From NCBI GenBank assembly GCA_017460585.1, contig JAFUAR010000373.1:1-38914 (forward strand): 38,914 nucleotides of DNA, given 5' to 3'. Below, piece after piece: positions 1 to 7,425 of the stretch (position 1 is its first letter; every line of letters starts with the position of its first letter). A model generated the notes under the pieces. The model was not told the origin of the DNA and ran no database searches. It saw only the letters and a program-made list of their open reading frames with translations. The DNA comes from Clostridia bacterium. Its GTDB lineage: Bacteria > Bacillota > Clostridia > Christensenellales > Aristaeellaceae. The position numbers and the translations under genes are program-made.

Positions 1-964
1 GAATGCGAATGAGCGCGGAGCGGTTGCTGGCGGACCAGCTCAAATAGCACGGCGCTTCATAGCCCGGCACCAGCCGCTTGTAGCTGTTGACCAGAGGGTT
101 GGTGATCGCCGCCATACCGCGAATGTGCGCGAGCAATCCGGCGATAAAGCTGTACGCCTCTTTGGAAAGCCCCTTTTCGCCATCGGGATCGGCAAAAATG
201 TTTTTACCGTTCTTGAACAGCGACATATTGGTGTGCATACCGCTTCCGTTAATGCCAAACAGCGGCTTGGGCATAAACGTGGCGTGCAGACCGTTCTTCT
301 GGGCAATGGTCTTGACCGCCAGCTTGAAGGTCATAATGTTATCCGCGGTCTCCAGCGCCTCCGCGTACTTGAAGTCGATTTCGTGCTGTCCGGCGGCGAC
401 CTCGTGATGGCTCGCCTCAATTTCGAAGCCCATCTGTTCCAGCATCATGCATATTTCGCGGCGCGTGCTCTCGCCATGGTCGAGGGGACCTAAATCGAAG
501 TAACCCGCTTCATCTCCGGTTTCAGTGGTGGGGCGACCCGCATCGTCGGTTTGGAACAGGAAGAATTCGCATTCCGGACCTACGTTGAACGAATAGCCCA
601 TATCCGCCGCCTTCTTCAATACGCGCTTGAGCGCGCCGCGCGGATCGCCTACGAACGGCGTGCCGTCCGGATTGTATACATCGCAAATGAGCCTTGCGAC
701 TTTGCCCTGCTGCGGGCGCCAAGGCAGTACGGCGAAGGAATCCAGATCGGGACGCAGGTATTGGTCCGATTCATTGATGCGCACGAAGCCCTCTATGGAG
801 CTGCCATCGATCATGATCTGGTTATTGACCGCCTTTTCAATTTGCGAGGCGGTAATCGCTACGTTTTTGAGCGTTCCGAATATATCGGTAAACTGCATGC
901 GGATGAATTCAACATCTTCCTCGCGCACTCTGCGAATAATATCTTCCTTCGTGTACTTACTCAT
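1..964 (-). CDS. glnA: Glutamine synthetase type I (N-terminal ~321 codons; 3' end lies beyond the window edge)
   Basis: Minus-strand translation from ATG (964-962) reads [46 protein letters not shown]...GPECEFFLF...[15 protein letters not shown]...[12 protein letters not shown]...[13 protein letters not shown]. These are conserved GS-I motifs. GGAGGA lies 8 nt upstream. The gene is absent from the ORF track because the frame stays open to position 1. Confidence 0.93.
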   Translation of the reverse strand, partial: MSKYTKEDIIRRVREEDVEFIRMQFTDIFGTLKNVAITASQIEKAVNNQIMIDGSSIEGFVRINESDQYLRPDLDSFAVLPWRPQQGKVARLICDVYNPDGTPFVGDPRGALKRVLKKAADMGYSFNVGPECEFFLFQTDDAGRPTTETGDEAGYFDLGPLDHGESTRREICMMLEQMGFEIEASHHEVAAGQHEIDFKYAEALETADNIMTFKLAVKTIAQKNGLHATFMPKPLFGINGSGMHTNMSLFKNGKNIFADPDGEKGLSKEAYSFIAGLLAHIRGMAAITNPLVNSYKRLVPGYEAPCYLSWSASNRSALIRI

Positions 965-986
965 GGCGTTCGTCCTCCATAGCGTG

Positions 987-1034
987 ATAAAATGAAAAGC
1001 GCGAGGGAGCCCTTCCATCAAGGCTCCCTCGCGC
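987..1034 (-). promoter_or_regulatory. 5'-proximal stem-loop plus U-tract in the glnA leader (terminator-like)
   Basis: Perfect 13-bp inverted repeat GCGCGAGGGAGCC (999-1011) / GGCTCCCTCGCGC (1022-1034) with a 10-nt loop. On the minus strand it is followed by TTTTCATTTTAT. It begins only a few nt after the predicted transcription start. Confidence 0.5.
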
Positions 1035-1044
1035 TGACAGGGGT

Positions 1045-1073
1045 ATTATAGTACCGATTCAGTGCGCTGTCAA
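1045..1073 (-). promoter_or_regulatory. Sigma-A type promoter of glnA
   Basis: Minus strand reads TTGACA (1073-1068), a 17-nt spacer, then TATAAT (1050-1045). Both hexamers are perfect consensus, about 80 nt upstream of the glnA ATG. Confidence 0.65.
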
Positions 1074-1088
1074 TAGCTTAAAATGAAT

Positions 1089-1128
1089 ATTCAAAGCATT
1101 TTAACATTCAAATTCTGATCAAATTCAA
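1089..1128. repeat. Three ATTCAA(A) direct repeats at 17-bp phasing in the AT-rich glnA / WXG divergent region
   Basis: ATTCAAA at 1089-1095 and 1106-1112, ATTCAA at 1123-1128, with start-to-start spacing of 17 and 17 nt. They lie upstream of the glnA -35 element. Confidence 0.4.
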
Positions 1129-1298
1129 GGAGGAAACATCGATAATATGAATGAACTGATATGCAATATTTCAAATCGACCGACTGAACTTATTGTATGT
1201 TGATCGCGGCGCGAAACGCGCCGTTCGCGCCGTCAACGACCATTCACGCCAAAAAACAGACCGTTCGTCGCAAAGTGTGGCGCGGATGGGCGGTTGCC

Positions 1299-1306
1299 TG
1301 TATAAT
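1299..1306 (+). promoter_or_regulatory. Candidate -10 element for the WXG100 operon
   Basis: TGTATAAT lies about 60 nt upstream of the first WXG100 ATG. No convincing -35 is present, so this is weak. Confidence 0.3.
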
Positions 1307-1364
1307 GCAAACTGTCAACAGGAACAAAGCGTTCCACAAAAACGAACCGAAAGGGGAAAGCAAT

Positions 1365-1661
1365 ATGGGAATGAAATTATTTGTTCAGATGGTCGAACTG
1401 CTTCAGGCTTCCGCGAAGATGAACGAGGCAATGGAGCGCTACAATGAGGCGAAGGAAGCCGTGCAGAAGGCGGCTGAAACGCTGGCAAGCAACTGGGAAG
1501 GCGACGCCCGCGAAGCATTCTGGGCGAATCAGCAGGAAGCCTACGGCTGGTATTCGCAGATTATGCTGGTGGTGCTGGAGATCATCGATCTGGTCAAGAA
1601 GGTCGCGCAGGAATATCGCGACGCGGAAGACCGCATCAAGAGCATTGTTTCCGGTGGCTGA
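1365..1661 (+). CDS. WXG100 / ESAT-6-like protein (98 aa)
   Basis: All-helical small protein with the central motif SNWEGDAREAF (W-x-G) and a C-terminal YRDAE. The ATG follows AAAGGGGAAAG. ORF-track frame 1197..1661 was trimmed to this RBS-supported start. Confidence 0.85.
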   Translation: MGMKLFVQMVELLQASAKMNEAMERYNEAKEAVQKAAETLASNWEGDAREAFWANQQEAYGWYSQIMLVVLEIIDLVKKVAQEYRDAEDRIKSIVSGG

Positions 1662-1697
1662 TAGAATACGAATATAACGTTTAAGGAGGATATAGCA

Positions 1698-2024
1698 ATG
1701 GCAGCGGATAAGATTAAGGTTTCAACTTCAGAGATGCAGACCTGCATTTCCAATTACCAGCAGGCGCGCAGCACGCTGGCGGACGCCTTTAGCGCGCTGG
1801 ATCAGGCCAAGAGCCACATCGACAGCTGCTGGGATGGTCCCGCGAAGACCGTGTACATGATGCGCTGGAACAACATCAACGCGAACCTGCGCCGCACAGA
1901 TAACGTGATTGAGCAGTCCATAAACGGCTTGAACAACATTATCAATACCATGGATAATGCTGAAAACACTATCGGCAGCACCGCCGCTTCATTGGATGTG
2001 GGCACCACGCCGCCGATCTTCTAA
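1698..2024 (+). CDS. WXG100-like small helical protein (108 aa), cassette 1 member A
   Basis: AAGGAGGA lies 7 nt upstream. Central CWDGPAK (W-x-G). Paralog of 3382..3708, sharing I(S)xYQQ near the N-terminus and a G(T)TTPxxF C-terminus. Confidence 0.85.
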   Translation: MAADKIKVSTSEMQTCISNYQQARSTLADAFSALDQAKSHIDSCWDGPAKTVYMMRWNNINANLRRTDNVIEQSINGLNNIINTMDNAENTIGSTAASLDVGTTPPIF

Positions 2025-2055
2025 GCAATACGACTTCCGGGAGGTGTAAGAACCT

Positions 2056-2346
2056 GTGGCGGGAATTTACGATACCGCAAAGCTCCGCGACGCCGCAAGG
2101 CAGGTGCGTCGGGTCGCCGATCATCTGGATGAGGACGCGGTGTTCGGCATGAGGCGCGCCGAAGAGTCCATGGAGGGCTGGAACGGCAAAGCCGCGGACG
2201 CGCTCATGGAGCGGATATTGGAGGAAGCCCGGAGCCTCCGCACCGAGGTACAGCAAATGGCGGATGTTTCCGCAAAGCTCAGGGCGTACGCCGATTTGTT
2301 GGATGAGGCGGACAGCCGACTGGCAGCCCTGATGGGCGGGAGGTGA
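2056..2346 (+). CDS. WXG100-like small helical protein (96 aa), cassette 1 member B
   Basis: GTG start 11 nt after GGGAGG. Contains MEGWNGKAADAL (W-x-G). Paralog of 3753..4043, with the same YD(T/S)..(R)..AA..V start and the same central MEG. Confidence 0.75.
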   Translation: MAGIYDTAKLRDAARQVRRVADHLDEDAVFGMRRAEESMEGWNGKAADALMERILEEARSLRTEVQQMADVSAKLRAYADLLDEADSRLAALMGGR

Positions 2347-2846
2347 TTCGCTTGGATATACGCTGGAGTTCGGAATCGGCGGCGGAGGTGATCCGTTGGC
2401 TGAAGGACACGCAGCAGCGTCTGGGCGATTGCCTGAGCGAGGCGGCGGCGGCGCGAAGCGCCGTAGAGGATGCGAAGCCCTCCGAGGACAGCAGAGCGAT
2501 TGAAATATTGCTGACCCGCTACGACGAAACGGTCGAGCGGATGCGCAAATCGCAGGAAGCGGTCGAGGCGCTCGCCAAGCGCACAGAGGAGGCGCGCCAG
2601 CGCTTTGAGGATGCAGAGAATACCATTTCCCGTATGCTGGAAGCTGTTGCGCAGGAGGCGGAAAGGGACCCAAACGCCGTATACGCCGAAATCGAGTATC
2701 GCAATCCGCCCATACTCACTAGAAGCGCGCAAATTCAGGCGCCCATCATTCTTCCGGAAATGCGCGTTACGCAGAGCGTGATGGTTCCGGATTGGCTGCA
2801 GGCGCTCATGAACGACGACAGCCTGTTTCAGGAATGGAATATCTAA
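2343..2846 (+). CDS. Helical protein resembling the N-terminal targeting domain of the downstream effector, with no toxin domain (167 aa)
   Basis: Shares L.I..W..E.A and ARQRFEDAE / AARRFEDAQ blocks with residues 1-110 of the 4144..5832 product. The start is uncertain. GTG 2343 overlaps the upstream stop, while TTG 2352 is better spaced from GGGAGG (2338-2343). Confidence 0.65.
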   Translation: MIRLDIRWSSESAAEVIRWLKDTQQRLGDCLSEAAAARSAVEDAKPSEDSRAIEILLTRYDETVERMRKSQEAVEALAKRTEEARQRFEDAENTISRMLEAVAQEAERDPNAVYAEIEYRNPPILTRSAQIQAPIILPEMRVTQSVMVPDWLQALMNDDSLFQEWNI

Positions 2847-2870
2847 ACCGAAGATAGGGAGGAAAATACA

Positions 2871-3164
2871 ATGGCAGAATTTCAGGTAACATTGTCCGAT
2901 TTAACCAATGCGGCGAGTAAAATGCGCCAGTATATCGAGGACTTCAAGAACGCGGCAAACGAGCTGAACAGCGCAACTCAAACGCTCACGACCTCCGCCG
3001 ACGGGTGGGACGCCGAGTCCTCTAAGATTTTTGCCGAGAATATTCAGGAAGCGAATAAATGGATGCAGCAGATGGGCGCGGTTGCCGAGCAGTACGCCGC
3101 TACGCTGGATAAGGCGCGCCAGACCTATCAGGAAGCGGACGAAACTTCCGCAAAGAACTTCTAA
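2871..3164 (+). CDS. EsxA-like WXG100 protein (97 aa) with W-x-A in place of W-x-G
   Basis: GGGAGG lies 8 nt upstream. Starts MAEFQVTLSDL, has central ADGWDAESSKIF and a C-terminal YQEAD...SAKNF that recalls the firmicute EsxA C-terminus. Confidence 0.85.
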   Translation: MAEFQVTLSDLTNAASKMRQYIEDFKNAANELNSATQTLTTSADGWDAESSKIFAENIQEANKWMQQMGAVAEQYAATLDKARQTYQEADETSAKNF

Positions 3165-3169
3165 GCGCC

Positions 3170-3367
3170 ATGGATAAGTCCATGGAGGAGCTCCTAAAGG
3201 GCTTGCAGGAAGCGATTGACGATGTGAAGGGGATTCGCCCCGACGAGTCCGAAGCGCCGCAGGAGGCTCAGGTATTTGCAGATCTCACACAGCAGCTGCT
3301 TCGCATGAAGCAGAATTTGGAAAAAATGACGCCGCCCGAGGGCGCGCAGCCGACCAATGAAGAATAA
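3170..3367 (+). CDS. Small acidic hypothetical protein (65 aa)
   Basis: ATG lies 5 nt after the upstream stop, suggesting coupling, with no strong SD. Helical, charged, coding-like composition. Confidence 0.5.
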   Translation: MDKSMEELLKGLQEAIDDVKGIRPDESEAPQEAQVFADLTQQLLRMKQNLEKMTPPEGAQPTNEE

Positions 3368-3381
3368 CGGAGGGAAATAAA

Positions 3382-3708
3382 ATGGCAGAAGGAATTAGAG
3401 TATCAATACCTGCATTGCAGGATGCGATTAGCACCTATCAGCAGAAGCGCGACGAGCTCAAAATGGCCTATATGAGCATTAACGACGAAGTAACCAAGGC
3501 GCACTCTACTTGGACCGGCGACGCCGCCAACAAGTTTGTGGAGCAGTTCGCCCAGATGTACCGCAACCTGTCCGAGACCGATGTGCAGATGGAAGGCGCC
3601 ATTGCCAAGCTGAACAAGGTTATGGAAGAATACGAAGCCGTTGAAAGCCGCACGCGTTCCTTGATGGAGAGCGCTCAGGAAGGCACCACGCCCACCGTAT
3701 TCGGCTAA
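3382..3708 (+). CDS. WXG100-like small helical protein (108 aa), cassette 2 member A
   Basis: GGAGGG lies 7 nt upstream. Contains STWTGDAANKF (W-x-G), YEAVE near the C-terminus, and ends GTTPTVFG. Paralog of 1698..2024. Confidence 0.85.
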   Translation: MAEGIRVSIPALQDAISTYQQKRDELKMAYMSINDEVTKAHSTWTGDAANKFVEQFAQMYRNLSETDVQMEGAIAKLNKVMEEYEAVESRTRSLMESAQEGTTPTVFG

Positions 3709-3752
3709 GAAGAACGCCACTATTGTAAAGCACGAAGGGAGCGACTGCGAGC

Positions 3753-4043
3753 ATGGGCTCTGTAACGACGTATGATTCAACCGCCGTTCGGCGGGCGGCG
3801 CAGACCGTCGCAGGCAGCGCGGAGGTAATATCGACCTCGGCACAGCCGAAGCTGAACCGGATTCGCTCCACGCTGGGGGAAAACATGGAGGGCGATACGG
3901 CGCGCGCGCTTGCGGAAAGACTGCGTCAGGCGGATCAGGACATTGCGCGATTGCAATCCACGCTGGATGCGCTAAGTCGGGCGCTGTACCGATTCGCAGC
4001 GGAGATTGACGCGGCGGACGCGCGCATTAAGAACGCCCTGTAG
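3753..4043 (+). CDS. WXG100-like small helical protein (96 aa), cassette 2 member B (W replaced)
   Basis: GAAGGGAG lies 11 nt upstream. Paralog of 2056..2346, but the W-x-G position reads NMEGDTA. Confidence 0.75.
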   Translation: MGSVTTYDSTAVRRAAQTVAGSAEVISTSAQPKLNRIRSTLGENMEGDTARALAERLRQADQDIARLQSTLDALSRALYRFAAEIDAADARIKNAL

Positions 4044-4050
4044 CCTCCCT

Positions 4051-4094
4051 TTGAAGGGCATCCCCGTGAAAGCACGCGCAGGGATGCCCTTCAA
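4051..4094 (+). promoter_or_regulatory. Intercistronic stem-loop between the helper genes and the effector gene
   Basis: Perfect 14-bp inverted repeat TTGAAGGGCATCCC (4051-4064) / GGGATGCCCTTCAA (4081-4094) with a 16-nt loop. No U-tract follows. Confidence 0.5.
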
Positions 4095-4143
4095 ACGCGG
4101 GAGCGTTCACCGGCGAATTTGGGCAATGGAAGGAGAAACGGCA

Positions 4144-5832
4144 ATGGCGGACAAATTGCATATCACGACCGAGTGGCTGGAGGAAACGGCAACGCAGCTG
4201 AGTGAAGTGCAGCGAGCGCTCAACGACGCCGCGCGCCGTCTAGGCAACGTGACTCTGCGCGACGACGAAGGCGGCGAAATGACCTACCGGCTGAGCGGCA
4301 CCTTCGGCGGAAGGGGCGTGTCCGCCGGTACTGTGCGTCAGGCGATTACCGCGCTGCGCGCGGCGAGCGGAGCAGTGGGCGACGATGCCAACGATATATC
4401 CAAGGCGAGCCGCACCGCCGCGCGTCGTTTTGAAGACGCGCAGCGTGAAATCGAACGGCGGATACAGGAATTGACCGAGGGCATGGCGGCGAGCAACGCC
4501 GCAGGTCGCGGCGCTTCCGGAGCACGGTCGTCGGGAGAAAACAGAACGGGAGCGGACGAAGGCGACAGCACGAGCATACTGAATTGGATCAGCCCGAACG
4601 GGAAGCTTATTGATCCAAGAGCATTTATACTGATTCCGCCCCATGCACCGACCTATCCGTATAAATCAGTACTGATTCCAAGTGATTGGAAAGATGGATT
4701 TGATCCAGATGAGAAACAAACAAAACTAAAAGCGTTGACCATGCTGCTGCACTATCCGGAGGATACCAGCAAATGGACGAAGGAAATGCGCGAGGAATAC
4801 CTGAAAAAGCTCGCTAACACCTACACCTATACGGATGAAAAGGGCAGAACGAGCTACGTATTCGATGATGGCAGCGTGACCATTATGAGCGCAACCGGCG
4901 TGGTTTTGGCAACGACAAGGTACGCTTTTACACCCACCTCGCAAACGATGACGCGTACCGCGAGTGCGGGCGACGGCGGACCGTATACCAAACAGGAGGT
5001 TACGGTGGGTCCTTCTCAGCTCGGGTACCAAAACGACGATATGTTTGGTGTAAAGGATGCTGCGAAGAGCCTAAAAAAAGATATCGGAACACCGACGAAA
5101 AATTATTACCAGAATGGTCAAAAAGTAAAGGAAGTCAAAATGCCGGAACGTAGGGCGACGATTTACGAAACCGGCGTAGACTATTCAGATAGCGTATCTG
5201 TATTGCATACCGAAGGCGTCAGAAAGGATGGCAAGACGACCACCAGCGTAACTGCGGATGTGGGTAAAGCGAGCTTTTCCGCAGGTGGGCACGGCGGGTT
5301 TTATTCCTATAAAATAGATCAGGAGACCGGTCAAGCGAAACGCTATTTTGCTCCCGGAGTCAGCGCGGATGCGGGCGTGAGTATATCCGCGATTGAGGGG
5401 AAGGCAACCAAATCATACAGTGTGAACGATTCTGTGAAAGTAAACGGTGAAATCGGCACCAAGATGATGAGCGGAGGCGTAAAAGCGCAGGGTCAATTTG
5501 GATATGTCAACAAGTCGATTGCCGCCGGCGGCGGTGTGAGCGCAGAAATGAATGTTGCCGAAGTGAATGGAAGCGTTGGCGGCGAGGCATTTGGCGTAGA
5601 AGGCAAGATTGGCGGCAAGGTGACGTTTGGCGTTGGCGGACACGCGAACGTAGGTTATTACGATGGAACGTTTAAAGTCGATATCGGTGTGAGTGCAGGA
5701 ATCGGCGCGGGGGTCAGCATGGAAGTAAATGCTACCAAGCTGATTGATAATATTATTGAAGGTTCTATGAATTCTATGAATAATCTTATTACTTCCGCAC
5801 GAGGTACCGCAAGATCGCTGTTTAATTGGTAA
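4144..5832 (+). CDS. Putative T7SS-exported effector: helical N-terminal domain plus Gly-rich C-terminal domain (562 aa)
   Basis: ATG follows GGAAGGAG (4127-4134); the longer ORF-track start at 4006 overlaps the upstream gene and the hairpin. The first ~140 aa are helical. The C-terminus is rich in G-x-x-x-G-type runs such as AAGGGVSAEMNVAEVNGSVGGEAFGVEGKIGGKVTFGVGGHANVG and DIGVSAGIGAGVSMEV. It lies directly after two small helical partner genes. Confidence 0.7.
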   Translation: MADKLHITTEWLEETATQLSEVQRALNDAARRLGNVTLRDDEGGEMTYRLSGTFGGRGVSAGTVRQAITALRAASGAVGDDANDISKASRTAARRFEDAQREIERRIQELTEGMAASNAAGRGASGARSSGENRTGADEGDSTSILNWISPNGKLIDPRAFILIPPHAPTYPYKSVLIPSDWKDGFDPDEKQTKLKALTMLLHYPEDTSKWTKEMREEYLKKLANTYTYTDEKGRTSYVFDDGSVTIMSATGVVLATTRYAFTPTSQTMTRTASAGDGGPYTKQEVTVGPSQLGYQNDDMFGVKDAAKSLKKDIGTPTKNYYQNGQKVKEVKMPERRATIYETGVDYSDSVSVLHTEGVRKDGKTTTSVTADVGKASFSAGGHGGFYSYKIDQETGQAKRYFAPGVSADAGVSISAIEGKATKSYSVNDSVKVNGEIGTKMMSGGVKAQGQFGYVNKSIAAGGGVSAEMNVAEVNGSVGGEAFGVEGKIGGKVTFGVGGHANVGYYDGTFKVDIGVSAGIGAGVSMEVNATKLIDNIIEGSMNSMNNLITSARGTARSLFNW

Positions 5833-5835
5833 GCT

Positions 5836-6270
5836 ATGGAAAATACGCAGTGGATACTTCGCTGTGCGCTATGTCTGATGTCGGTGGTGTTTATCGTAAT
5901 CGGCATTGTACTGCTGGCGGGCAGAGATAATAGCGGACGAGGCTTTAAACGAACAAAAGCGCGAATTGTGGGCAGAACGACAGGTAAGGCGATTCACAGC
6001 GTTTGCCTATTTGTGGAATTTGAGGCGGATGGGCGGCTGGAGCGTCACAACTGCGCTGAATTTTCGGACGCGGATTTTGCATTGAATACTGGCGATGAGT
6101 TGGATATTTTCTATCGGCATGATTTGGTCGCGGGTGTAGATACGTGGACGGTGATTGCGGATAACGGAAGAAATGAATTGACCGCAAGAGTACGTGCTCG
6201 AACGATTTATGGAATATTGATGCTGATCATTGCACTGCTCATTTTAGTACTGACATTTCAATGGTTTTGA
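5836..6270 (+). CDS. Two-TM membrane protein, DUF3592-like architecture; candidate immunity protein (144 aa)
   Basis: ATG lies 3 nt after the effector stop. N-terminal TM is LCLMSVVFIVIGIVLLAG and C-terminal TM is IYGILMLIIALLILVLTF, with a beta-rich middle between them. Confidence 0.6.
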   Translation: MENTQWILRCALCLMSVVFIVIGIVLLAGRDNSGRGFKRTKARIVGRTTGKAIHSVCLFVEFEADGRLERHNCAEFSDADFALNTGDELDIFYRHDLVAGVDTWTVIADNGRNELTARVRARTIYGILMLIIALLILVLTFQWF

Positions 6271-6306
6271 TGTATAATGGATACAGTTTGATAGGAGGAA
6301 TTGGTT

Positions 6307-6606
6307 ATGACGATTACAGGACTGCTTCCGATCGGTTCCGTGGTACTGCTGAAGGACAGCACCAAGCGCGTGATGATTACGGGCGTATGTCAGGAAGGGA
6401 CTACGGAAAATGGCACCAAGCTGTATGATTATGTCGGCTGCGCGTTTCCGGAGGGATATTTGAGCGCGGATCAGAATTATCTGTTCAATAACGCGCAGAT
6501 TGATAGACTGTACGCCATTGGTTATCAGGATGAGGAATCGCTGCTGTTCAAAGAGCGTGTAGACGAGCTCATTGTTCAGCTTCGCGCGGAGCGCGGCGAA
6601 GAGTAA
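6307..6606 (+). CDS. DUF4176 family protein (T7SSb-associated)
   Basis: GGAGGA lies 8 nt upstream of ATG 6307. LLPIGSVVLLKDSTKRVMITG...YDYVGCAFPEGY...LFNNAQIDRLYAIGYQDEE matches the DUF4176 pattern found in firmicute T7SS loci. Confidence 0.85.
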   Translation: MTITGLLPIGSVVLLKDSTKRVMITGVCQEGTTENGTKLYDYVGCAFPEGYLSADQNYLFNNAQIDRLYAIGYQDEESLLFKERVDELIVQLRAERGEE

Positions 6607-6623
6607 CTTATGCTCTTACAGTA

Positions 6624-6654
6624 TAAAAAAAGCTGGAGTTATCTCCGGCTTTTT
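6624..6654. terminator. Bidirectional intrinsic terminator between convergent operons
   Basis: AGCTGGAG TTAT CTCCGGCT (6630-6649, one G.U pair) is flanked by an A-run (6624-6630) and a T-run (6650-6654), so a U-tract follows the hairpin on either strand. Confidence 0.75.
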
Positions 6655-6670
6655 CTATATACACCTTTTC

Positions 6671-6922
6671 TTAAACCAGCATGAGCCGACTACTGTCGTG
6701 AATGCCGGTTTCGGCGATATACGCGTTGGGCTTGAGCGGCACGCCGTGCTCCAAATCGCACAGCATGGGCATTTCCTTATCGAATTCCAGATTTTGCTGG
6801 GTGGCTTCCAGAATGCGCACAATTTCCGCCACCGTATCGCATACGCGCCCCGTGGCGGGTATGGAAAAATCAAAGGTAGAAGATATGGCGGGTACGTACA
6901 ATTCGACGATGATGGTTTCCAT
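6671..6922 (-). CDS. esaB: EsaB / YukD-like ubiquitin-fold T7SS protein (83 aa)
   Basis: METIIVELYVPAISSTFDFSIPATGRVCDTVAEIV...AETGIHDSSRLMLV. Size, the 'D(F/L)xxP' start and the C-terminal G-x-x-D-x-x-x-L-x-L pattern match EsaB/YukD. GGGAAGAGG RBS present. The longer ORF-track frame was trimmed to this ATG. Confidence 0.75.
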   Translation of the reverse strand: METIIVELYVPAISSTFDFSIPATGRVCDTVAEIVRILEATQQNLEFDKEMPMLCDLEHGVPLKPNAYIAETGIHDSSRLMLV

Positions 6923-6948
6923 ATTGCACCTCTTCCCAGTTTCTGATG

Positions 6949-7425
6949 CTACAATTCTCCTTCCCGCTCGGCGAGCGTTTGAAGCAGCGTCGCCATTGGC
7001 GGGTCGGGTTCCACAATATGACCGGATAAGTCCTTGTGATTGAGCGCATCCTGCAGCGCGCGGCGCGCGGCTGCCGCATCGCGTATCGGAGTGAGCGTAA
7101 TTGCGCCGGATTTGGGAAACTCTCCCAGCACGAACAGTGCGCTTCCGCGCCAGAGCACCACGGTGCGATCCGCGGCGCGGGCGGTCACGTGGTAGCGGCA
7201 ATGGGCGGCGTTGCTCAATAGCAGCGCGTTCAGGCGATTTACGCCGTAGCCCTCTCCAGCGGATAGCACGATGCCCGCCTCAATCAACTCCTCTGCCGCG
7301 TTTTGCGCCAGCGCCTCCGTGAGCTCCGGTAGCGGCGCGTCCGGCGGGTTGGGCAGGCGCAATATCGCCAGCAGCGTGGCGAGCTCAATGGGTTCATAGC
7401 GATAGCCGATGCTTTCCGCGTTCAT
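6949..7425 (-). CDS. Hypothetical soluble protein (158 aa), translationally coupled to the LytTR gene
   Basis: Its ATG overlaps the upstream stop (ATGA). No TM segment and no recognisable motif. Confidence 0.6.
   Translation of the reverse strand: MNAESIGYRYEPIELATLLAILRLPNPPDAPLPELTEALAQNAAEELIEAGIVLSAGEGYGVNRLNALLLSNAAHCRYHVTARAADRTVVLWRGSALFVLGEFPKSGAITLTPIRDAAAARRALQDALNHKDLSGHIVEPDPPMATLLQTLAEREGEL

Noticed and set aside
87-995. Plus-strand ORFs 87..407, 125..493, 551..982 and 627..995, and minus-strand ORFs 40..306 and 522..722
   Set aside because: The plus-strand ORFs are antisense to glnA and the two minus-strand ORFs are out-of-frame overlaps, and none has recognisable content. glnA is read confidently in a minus-strand frame that is open to the window edge.
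1969-2732. Minus-strand ORFs 1969..2673 (234 aa) and 2121..2732 (203 aa)
   Set aside because: They overlap three plus-strand genes that have RBSs and WXG-type motifs. Their Pro/Arg/Ala-rich composition marks them as shadow frames.
4006-4143. Upstream extensions of ORF-track frames (4006 for the effector, 15077 for the 1311-aa protein, 15035 for the 387-aa FHA protein, 19142 for the RCC1-like protein, 20306, 26475 and 1197)
   Set aside because: The extensions lack RBSs, overlap upstream genes, hairpins or promoters, and precede obvious signal peptides or SD-supported ATGs. Internal starts were chosen, so start coordinates remain uncertain by a few codons.
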